DNA from: Campylobacterales bacterium
GTDB lineage: Bacteria > Campylobacterota > Campylobacteria > Campylobacterales > Sulfurovaceae
NCBI GenBank assembly: GCA_014763895.1
Contig: JACXUM010000003.1
Span: forward strand, 13,429 to 77,428
Reading direction: 5' to 3'
Length of the DNA: 64,000 nucleotides
The notes beneath the pieces were generated by a model that searched no databases, had not been told where the DNA came from, and was given only the letters and a program-made list of their open reading frames with translations. Positions 57,398 to 64,000 of this stretch are shown piece by piece. Numbering within the stretch: position 1 is the stretch's first letter; the number at the start of each line of letters is the position of its first letter. The position numbers and the translations under genes were made by a program.

Positions 57398-57952
57398 CTA
57401 ATGCGACCTTGGGCCGTGGCTGTAACTTTTCTCCTCTTCTACCTGAATCAAAGGCTGCGCTACTGTCTCACTTCTATCTTGTTTCCCGAAGATATAGACA
57501 CTCTCGTGCTGTTCAAGGCTCAACGCAAAAAACTGTCGTTCCAAAAGAGCAAATTTCTTCTTGAGCTGATCGGAGAAGAACAGGATATCCTCATAATATC
57601 GTGATGCCAGCTCGAGTTCGTATTTGCTTGCACTATTTTTGATACCAAAGAGACTTTGCATCATGCCACCCTGTTTTTTCCCAAAATAGATCGAATAGAT
57701 CTTTGTATAATGGTTGTAGATCGATTCGATAAGGGCTTCCATATCATCTAATGTCTGTTTACAGTTAAATTGTGCAAAGTGCAGTGCTTCATTATAGAAC
57801 CACTCTCCCAATAGGGATTCTTGAGCGATAGGAGCAGGCGGCTTTTCAGTGACGTTCAAACCTGAAATAAGCAATTTTACATAATTCATCCATTGAATAT
57901 GTGCTGTCCTGGCTTTGTATAATCTATCGATATTTTCTTCTTTGCTATTCAA
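57398..57952 (-). CDS. CZB-like (chemoreceptor zinc-binding-like) helical protein
   Basis: 184 aa; AHIQW...SLLGEWFY resembles the CZB Hx3W...CxLGxW motif, with Ser in place of Cys. Confidence 0.4.
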   Translation of the reverse strand: MNSKEENIDRLYKARTAHIQWMNYVKLLISGLNVTEKPPAPIAQESLLGEWFYNEALHFAQFNCKQTLDDMEALIESIYNHYTKIYSIYFGKKQGGMMQSLFGIKNSASKYELELASRYYEDILFFSDQLKKKFALLERQFFALSLEQHESVYIFGKQDRSETVAQPLIQVEEEKSYSHGPRSH

Positions 57953-58067
57953 AACATACTCCTAGTTTTCTTTGCATTATAACAATGATTGAGCAGTTTA
58001 TAATGTGTAGATAGATTATTTTTTAATCAATTTATTATTGACGTTTTTTTCAATATACCTAAAAACA

Positions 58068-58568
58068 TCATTCATAAAGCTTTCCGAAATGCTCCAGATA
58101 GGTCAGATAAAGCCTTACATCAAACTCGATCTGGTGATACTCAGGTTCAATGTGGGTACAGAGCTTGTAGAATGCCTTGTTATGCTCTTTTTCTTTGAGA
58201 TGTGCCAGTTCGTGTGCGACGATCATACGAAGAAAGGCTTCGGGGTTTTTTTTGAAAATGTGTGAGATGCGTATCTCGTTCTTGGCCTTGAGCTTGCCGC
58301 CTTGCACCCTTGAGACAAAGGTATGGGTACCGAGAGCTGATTTGAGATCGCGTATCTTGGTATCGTACAGCACTTTGGCTATGGGAGGCGAACTTTTTAG
58401 ATGAGTATTTTTGATATCCTGCACGTAGTCATAGAGTGCTTTATCAGTTGTATATTTATGAATATCACTATAGCGAGAAAGGATATACTCTCCTAGTTTC
58501 TTCTGTTCTATAAGAGCCTTTACCTGCGCTTTGAGCTGAGCATTGTAACCGTTCAAATATTTTAGCAT
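58068..58568 (-). CDS. YgjP-like M48/SprT-type metallopeptidase (DUF45)
   Basis: 166 aa; VAHELAHLKEKEH zinc motif near the C-terminus. Confidence 0.75.
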   Translation of the reverse strand: MLKYLNGYNAQLKAQVKALIEQKKLGEYILSRYSDIHKYTTDKALYDYVQDIKNTHLKSSPPIAKVLYDTKIRDLKSALGTHTFVSRVQGGKLKAKNEIRISHIFKKNPEAFLRMIVAHELAHLKEKEHNKAFYKLCTHIEPEYHQIEFDVRLYLTYLEHFGKLYE

Positions 58569-58638
58569 ACGGTATTATACCGCTTTTTAGGTGCAAATTA
58601 AATCCCCATAGTGTACAATAAACGAAAAAAGCGCGACT

Positions 58639-59559
58639 ATGATTTTTGATTCTCTGGATTTTATAAACGGCATAGATGTAGACAAGCTGCCAAAACACTT
58701 CGGTACAAAATGCAAAGCACCTTCAAAACAGATCTTCAAACGCTCAAACATGATGCTCAACCCACTCAATCTGAAGCATCTCAACCGCATCGATGAAATG
58801 GATGCCGATATGATCACCCTCAATCTTGAAGATGCTATCGCTCCAAGCCGCAAAAAAGAAGCGCTTTATAACATTGGGTTGTTCCTCTCTCATCTGGAAG
58901 ACTCTAGGAGTTTCATCATCGTACGGACCAATCCTTTGGATGAAGGAGGAGAAGAGGAGATCGCGTTTTTGAACGACTTTGGTTTTGATGCGGTACGAGT
59001 TGCCAAGATAAAGGATCAAACCCAGATCGCACAGGCGCTGACCCTGCTCTCTGAAGATAAAGAACTGCATATCTCTCTGGAAACCAAGGAAGCTTTCCGG
59101 GCCTTAAGTACCCTTCGGATAGACACTCGCCTCACAACCGCTAATCTGGGCATCCTTGACTTGCTGACTTCACTCGGCCTTCCGCAGTCACTGGTGAACT
59201 TTGGCAATCCTACCATCGACTATATCTTGAGCAGGTTCCTTGTCGATGCGCAGACAGCCGGTATCCATCCCATCTCTTTCATGTTCCAGGAATACAACGA
59301 TACCGATACCTTCCGTCAATGGTGCGAACACGAAAAAAGAATGGGATTTGCATCCAAAGCCTGCATGGGCCCTAAACAGGTCGAGATCGCCAATGAAGTC
59401 TTTGGTATAGACCATAAAGCTATCGAACGTGCCAAGCACATCAAGACTGTTTTTGAGGCCAATGCTTCCGAAGGAATCAACGGTTTCATGGATGAAAAGT
59501 ACGGGTTCATAGATGAACCGATCTATCGCGACAGTTTATTGATACTAAAAAATATATAA
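58639..59559 (+). CDS. HpcH/HpaI aldolase / citrate lyase beta (CitE)-like protein
   Basis: 306 aa; ADMITLNLEDAIAPSRKKEA motif and TIM-barrel-like pattern of the CitE family. Confidence 0.7.
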   Translation: MIFDSLDFINGIDVDKLPKHFGTKCKAPSKQIFKRSNMMLNPLNLKHLNRIDEMDADMITLNLEDAIAPSRKKEALYNIGLFLSHLEDSRSFIIVRTNPLDEGGEEEIAFLNDFGFDAVRVAKIKDQTQIAQALTLLSEDKELHISLETKEAFRALSTLRIDTRLTTANLGILDLLTSLGLPQSLVNFGNPTIDYILSRFLVDAQTAGIHPISFMFQEYNDTDTFRQWCEHEKRMGFASKACMGPKQVEIANEVFGIDHKAIERAKHIKTVFEANASEGINGFMDEKYGFIDEPIYRDSLLILKNI

Positions 59560-59574
59560 CAAAGGTCCACTTCA

Positions 59575-60558
59575 ATGTTCAAATCTTTTTTACTTGCGAT
59601 CCTACTCACACTGACTCTCTTTGCCAATGATGACAGACCCCCCATTCCCTATAATTTTTTGGCAAAAAAAGAGGTTCGATCTTTTATCGACATGATGGTC
59701 AAAAAATACCATTTCAAACGCCGCTACATGGAGTTGATATTAAAAAATGCAAAACTGGACAGGGATACGCTTGACCGCTATACTGGCCGCTATAAAGTGG
59801 GTTCAACGAATGGGCCATGGGAACGCTATAAAGCCCATGTTCTTGATCCTGTTACGCTTCAAAAGGCCAAGAGATTCAAAAAACGCTATGCCAAAACACT
59901 CTCTCGTGCAAGCGGGGTCTATAACGTACCTGTAGAGTATATCGTAGGTTTTATCGGGGTTGAGAGTAAATTTGGAGAATATACGGGCGACTACCGTATC
60001 CTTGATGCGCTGACCACCCTTGCCTTTCATCCCAACAGGATGCAGAAATTTTTTAAGACGGAACTGGAAAATCTCTTCTTAATGGCACGGGAACAGGGAT
60101 ATGATGTCGCCAAACTCCAAGGATCGTTTGCCGGTGCGATGGGTTGTGTCCAACAGGTTCCCTCTGTCTTTAGAAACTATGGAATGGACTTTAACGGGGA
60201 TGGCAAAAAAGATCCGTGGGATATTGAAGACTGTATCGGTATCATCGCTAGGTTTATGCACAATAACGGATGGCAAAACGGCTTGCCTGCAGCGGTCAAA
60301 ACAAATTTTTCCAGCAAGCGTTATGCGGGGAAACTCACTCCTACACACAGACGGACCTATCCGATCCAAGCGATCAAAAAACAGGGGATTTTACCTAAAC
60401 AGCCGTTCAGAGAATCCAACGCCTATCTGCTTCTTACCCGAAATACCACACATGATGATCTGTGGATAGGAGGAAAGAATTTCCGCATCTTAACACGTTA
60501 CAACAATGCTGCAACCTACGGTATGGCGATCCATCTCATCGCTGAGTCTGTAAAATAA
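59575..60558 (+). CDS. mltB: lytic murein transglycosylase B-like
   Basis: Signal peptide; GVESKFG, GAMGCVQQVPSVFRNYGMDFNGDGKKDPW motifs. Confidence 0.88.
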   Translation: MFKSFLLAILLTLTLFANDDRPPIPYNFLAKKEVRSFIDMMVKKYHFKRRYMELILKNAKLDRDTLDRYTGRYKVGSTNGPWERYKAHVLDPVTLQKAKRFKKRYAKTLSRASGVYNVPVEYIVGFIGVESKFGEYTGDYRILDALTTLAFHPNRMQKFFKTELENLFLMAREQGYDVAKLQGSFAGAMGCVQQVPSVFRNYGMDFNGDGKKDPWDIEDCIGIIARFMHNNGWQNGLPAAVKTNFSSKRYAGKLTPTHRRTYPIQAIKKQGILPKQPFRESNAYLLLTRNTTHDDLWIGGKNFRILTRYNNAATYGMAIHLIAESVK

Positions 60559-60596
60559 AGTTTAAAATTAAAAAAGATTTAGAATAAAAAGAAGGT

Positions 60597-60624
60597 AAAA
60601 GTCCCACTTTAAAATGGGACTTTT
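60597..60624. terminator. bidirectional rho-independent terminator
   Basis: AAAAGTCCCA-ctttaaaa-TGGGACTTTT between convergent mltB and the DUF4382 gene. Confidence 0.8.
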
Positions 60625-60628
60625 AAAA

Positions 60629-61513
60629 TTATGGCAGATAATCGTCCAGAGGATCGTTGATATCTTGTGTAGTTGTTTGATTTGGTGAAACTGTCACATT
60701 ATTGACAAATCCTAAAACTGCTTCAAAATCACCATTGACATCTACAGTTGTAATAACAAGATCATAGGTTCCTACAGTTAGCCATGGAAGTACGTAAGTT
60801 CCGTTTGTGACTTTTGTACTTAAAACTGCATGGCTGAAATTATTCGTTTCATTGCTCTCATTATCATCCCACATGCTATCTTCATAGGCATAAATGACTG
60901 CTATAGAACCGTTGGTATCAACATTAACGGTACCATTGATCTCACCTACTTCGATATTATCAATGATCTTAATGGTAGGATTGAGTTTATATTTTCCTTT
61001 TCCGGTAACAGTCAAAGATTTTCTCAGATCGAAATCTGCTGTCACATTCACTGTTCCGCCGGCAGGTATCGTAAAGCTACCAATTGCCTTATATCCGGTT
61101 TGATCACCGCTTGGAACTTCCAATGTATGATTAACGTCATCTACAATAATATAGCATTTGCTCGTATCAATCATAAATCTTACATGATCAATAACACCAG
61201 CAGGAAGATCGACTTGATTAAGCAGTGTCGTATTACCATCCTGTAATGCAAGTAGATTCACCGTACGTGATCCGTTAAGATCGACATCCTGCCAGCTCTC
61301 ATTACTATCAGCATACTGATAACGAAGACTATCAAAAGTCACATAGACACCGCTTACTGCTTCATTATCCACAGGAGCATCTGTCAGACTCAATGCTACT
61401 GTACCTGTTGTAGATGATGTAGAACTGCTTCCACCTCCTCCACTGCAACCATTCAACAAACTGATCATCATTACAGATATGAAGATACCCATCAAGGTAT
61501 AAAACTTTTTCAT
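60629..61513 (-). CDS. DUF4382-like lipoprotein
   Basis: Lipobox LLNGCSGGGGSS; LSLTDAPVD...VYVTFDSL opening typical of DUF4382 (recalled). Confidence 0.65.
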   Translation of the reverse strand: MKKFYTLMGIFISVMMISLLNGCSGGGGSSSTSSTTGTVALSLTDAPVDNEAVSGVYVTFDSLRYQYADSNESWQDVDLNGSRTVNLLALQDGNTTLLNQVDLPAGVIDHVRFMIDTSKCYIIVDDVNHTLEVPSGDQTGYKAIGSFTIPAGGTVNVTADFDLRKSLTVTGKGKYKLNPTIKIIDNIEVGEINGTVNVDTNGSIAVIYAYEDSMWDDNESNETNNFSHAVLSTKVTNGTYVLPWLTVGTYDLVITTVDVNGDFEAVLGFVNNVTVSPNQTTTQDINDPLDDYLP

Positions 61514-61865
61514 AAACTATCCTTTTAATTAAAATGACATGTTCAAAAGAAGTAATACTGTTTAAAACAACTTCGTGACTCTGCAGGCTATTAATCCCAC
61601 ATGACACCATATCTGCCAAACACTATTACACTTATTTTATTATGAAAAACCAAAGCGAAAACTATTGTAAAACAATAGCCCAGTAGCGATTTTTGGCAAC
61701 CCGGCTATCTGCTTGAGACCCGTGGCTTTCCGTCCTTGCCTTGCAACAAGTTTGGCACAACAAAATAGATTGTATCTTCTTTAAAGAACCTACTAGTATA
61801 ACACTTACTGCTTTAAATAAAAATAAAACAGCATATACTTCCAATTTTTTCAAAACGGGGCACTA

Positions 61866-62495
61866 TCATGATTTCTCTTCCGTGATTAAAGGAACGAAAG
61901 CAAAACCGGGAAACTCCTGTTTTTTCATCTCTTTTTGGGATACCTTTTCATATCTAAAAATAGAATTTTGTACGGGTATGACCAAAATTCCACCTATGTC
62001 AAGCTGTTCAAAAAGCTCTTGCGGCAACGCTCTTGCACTGGCAGAGACAAGGATCCTGTCAAACTTCTCTCCTGGTTTTCCTAAAGTTTCACCGGCTTTT
62101 TCAATACAACAGGAACCATCAAAGCCAAATTTTGAAAGATTTTTTTTTCCCATTTGAACCAGTTCATCGATCCTTTCGAGTCCCACCATACTTCCTTTCT
62201 TCCCAGTAAGATAACACAACAATCCGGCTGTCCATCCTGATCCTGAACCGATATCAAGTATCCTGTTTCCGTCTTTTGGATCCAACAGTTCAAGCATGAA
62301 TGCCACCGTAGTGGGTTGGGAAATTGTCTGGTTATTGCCTATGGGAAGCGGTGCATCGACATAGGTATATTCTTCAAACTCTTCTGGTATAAAATATTTC
62401 CTGTCAATTGTTTGAAAGGCATCGATGATCTTCGGATTTCTCAAAACACCCGAGGCGATCATCGAATTGACAAGTTCTTGTAAGTTTTTCATCAC
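61866..62495 (-). CDS. pcm: protein-L-isoaspartate O-methyltransferase
   Basis: TISQPTTVA, ILDIGSGSGW SAM motif; start GTG 62495 or ATG 62492, overlapping the upstream stop; contains intact A9 run (62139..62147). Confidence 0.93.
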   Translation of the reverse strand: MMKNLQELVNSMIASGVLRNPKIIDAFQTIDRKYFIPEEFEEYTYVDAPLPIGNNQTISQPTTVAFMLELLDPKDGNRILDIGSGSGWTAGLLCYLTGKKGSMVGLERIDELVQMGKKNLSKFGFDGSCCIEKAGETLGKPGEKFDRILVSASARALPQELFEQLDIGGILVIPVQNSIFRYEKVSQKEMKKQEFPGFAFVPLITEEKS

Positions 62496-63298
62496 TCTGA
62501 CTCCATAAAAGCCGCACTCATATAACCTACAACTCCAGATTCATCTCCGCTTGCATCTGCGCTCGTTCGATAATCCAGCAAGATCGGTTTGAGCCCGATA
62601 CTTTTTGCGGCAATCAACATTGCTTCCACACCTATCTTTCCGCATGCCTCACACCCTTGATGCAGCTTTTTTATATCCAAATGCTGCACAGCATCCAGAC
62701 AAATACTGTCAAGACTTTTTGCTTTCTTGATATCATAATAATGGCTAAGATCCGTACTGATGACTACTACAGTTTGAGGATCATTCAAAAGATATTCAAT
62801 GATCTGGGCGAGTCTGGACGGATCTTCATCTCCATACACCAACTCGACCACTGCAGCCTCTTTGTCGTAATTTTTTACAAAAGGCATCTGTACTTCCGTA
62901 CTATGTTCATGATGGGCATCCGGCATAAAATGAAGGCCAAATTTGTCTTTTAGCGTCGCTACCAACTCTTTATCGATCGTTAATATTCCAAACGGAGTTT
63001 CGTACCGGTCATACTCTGATATGCTTGTACCCGTTAGGTAGACCCTGTGACTCGGGCCGATAACAACCACCCTTTTGGCATGTGTATTTTCCAACACTCT
63101 AAAGGCCATATTCGCTGTAAAAGCTGAGTAAATATAACCGGCATGCGGTACGATGATCGCTCTTGCATTTTGATGAAACAAAGTCTTATCTTTGAGATGC
63201 CCATCAAGTATTCTATTGTAATGGTCAAACATCGCTTTAATATCATTTGCATCATACGGATAAAACTGTCCTCTGACAGCGGTTTGTCTTGTACTCAT
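62492..63298 (-). CDS. amrB: AmmeMemoRadiSam system protein B (Memo-like)
   Basis: Trimmed to MSTRQTAVRGQFYP; VPHAGYIYS, HSTEVQMPF, DLSH motifs; ATGA overlap with the upstream radical SAM gene. Confidence 0.85.
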   Translation of the reverse strand: MSTRQTAVRGQFYPYDANDIKAMFDHYNRILDGHLKDKTLFHQNARAIIVPHAGYIYSAFTANMAFRVLENTHAKRVVVIGPSHRVYLTGTSISEYDRYETPFGILTIDKELVATLKDKFGLHFMPDAHHEHSTEVQMPFVKNYDKEAAVVELVYGDEDPSRLAQIIEYLLNDPQTVVVISTDLSHYYDIKKAKSLDSICLDAVQHLDIKKLHQGCEACGKIGVEAMLIAAKSIGLKPILLDYRTSADASGDESGVVGYMSAAFMESE

Positions 63299-64000
63299 TT
63301 CCATACCCCTTCTATCGCTCGACTGCATTTTGGGCAATGCCCGTCTTTGAGTTTATTGATCGTGATCGAATACCCTGTACGGTCTATCAGCATCTCACCA
63401 CAATCAGGACAGAACGTATCTCCATGGACCGGAACATTGCCCAAATAAATATATTGCAGTCCGGCTTTTAGTCCGATCGCTTTGGCTCTTTGCAACGTTT
63501 CAAGCTTTGTTCTTTCATGGTCCATCATCTTATAATCCGGATGGAATGCACTTAGATGCCATGGCACATGCTTGCCCAGATCATTTGCGATAAATGCTGC
63601 CATCTCTTCAATATCTTTATCGCTGTCGTTCTCTCCTTCGATCAAGAGTGTTGTGACCTCAACCCATATACCTTCTGAAACCATCAGTCTCAATGTATCC
63701 TTGACCGCTTCCAAGCCGCCTTTGAGTACTTTCTTGTAATACTCCTCATTCCAGCTTTTAAGATCAATATTTGCCGCATCAACCCAGCTTGCCATATCTT
63801 TAATGATCTGAGGCGACTCAAAACCGTTACTGACAAAGATATTTTTCAATCCTTTCTCTTTTGCGATCAAACCGACATCTTTAGCATACGGATAGAAAAT
63901 CGTCGGCTCATTGTATGTATAGGCTATGGAAGAAGCGCCCTTCTCTAAAGCAAGGTCGACCATCTCCTGCGGACTGACCTGAATGCTTTCATCGATCTTA
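63295..64000 (-). CDS. amrS: AmmeMemoRadiSam system radical SAM enzyme, C-terminal part (5' end outside the window)
   Basis: Frame open to the window edge; YTYNEPT, VSNGF, C-terminal zinc ribbon CPDCG...CPKC typical of AmrS/PflA-like activases. Confidence 0.8.
   Translation of the reverse strand, partial: KIDESIQVSPQEMVDLALEKGASSIAYTYNEPTIFYPYAKDVGLIAKEKGLKNIFVSNGFESPQIIKDMASWVDAANIDLKSWNEEYYKKVLKGGLEAVKDTLRLMVSEGIWVEVTTLLIEGENDSDKDIEEMAAFIANDLGKHVPWHLSAFHPDYKMMDHERTKLETLQRAKAIGLKAGLQYIYLGNVPVHGDTFCPDCGEMLIDRTGYSITINKLKDGHCPKCSRAIEGVWK

Noticed and set aside
61676-61760. Possible SRP (4.5S) RNA or RNase P RNA in the GC-rich island.
   Set aside because: The segment CAAGCAGAUAGCCGGG vaguely resembles part of 4.5S RNA. 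However, the universally conserved GGAAGCAGC helix-8 motif and the GNRA tetraloop context are absent. The RNase P GAGGAAAGUCC block is also missing, and the element is too short for RNase P.
61662-61853. 63-aa minus-strand ORF covering the GC-rich island.
   Set aside because: It has a TTG start directly after the pcm stop, no SD, and no recognisable family. The region is more likely non-coding.

Overview
Gene-dense, moderately AT-rich chromosomal window with about 65 protein-coding genes. I found no rRNA, tRNA, CRISPR array, transposase or integrase by eye. Gene content and protein sequences look like core chromosome of a Campylobacterota (epsilonproteobacterial, Sulfurovum/Sulfurimonas-like) organism; this is an inference from family resemblance, not a search. 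Housekeeping content: metG, aspS, adk, def, fabI, queC, ybeY, recN, nadK, tatD, hisB, and a long minus-strand envelope operon (rlpA, hisB-kdsC-lptC-lptA-engB, GNAT, MreD-like, mrdA). Other envelope genes are mltD, mltB, an L,D-transpeptidase, FadL-like and OmpA-like outer-membrane proteins, a PqiA/A/B/C lipid-trafficking operon next to an MMPL/RND transporter, a TonB plus TonB-dependent receptor pair, and AmmeMemoRadiSam B/S genes coupled to pcm. Most interesting: (1) a tightly packed seven-gene cytochrome bd operon. A DUF134 regulator, a His-tailed NifX/NifB-like protein and DUF4492 precede cydAB. An unannotated 54-aa membrane ORF and a second NifX-like protein follow. The operon sits behind a near-consensus promoter carrying a perfect 16-bp palindrome. 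(2) Four disrupted genes: one in-frame TAA and three frameshifts in A-runs (A5, A5, A8), while A8/A9 runs in other genes are intact. (3) A 27-nt promoter block, 26/27 identical, in front of a PIF1/RecD-like helicase and an RNase T2 gene. (4) A phased array of ATAGTNGGACAT-like repeats in the helicase/def intergenic region. (5) CGTTATAT repeats upstream of both tonB and the receptor gene. All functional calls rest on motifs read directly from the translations and on remembered family signatures; no database search was run.
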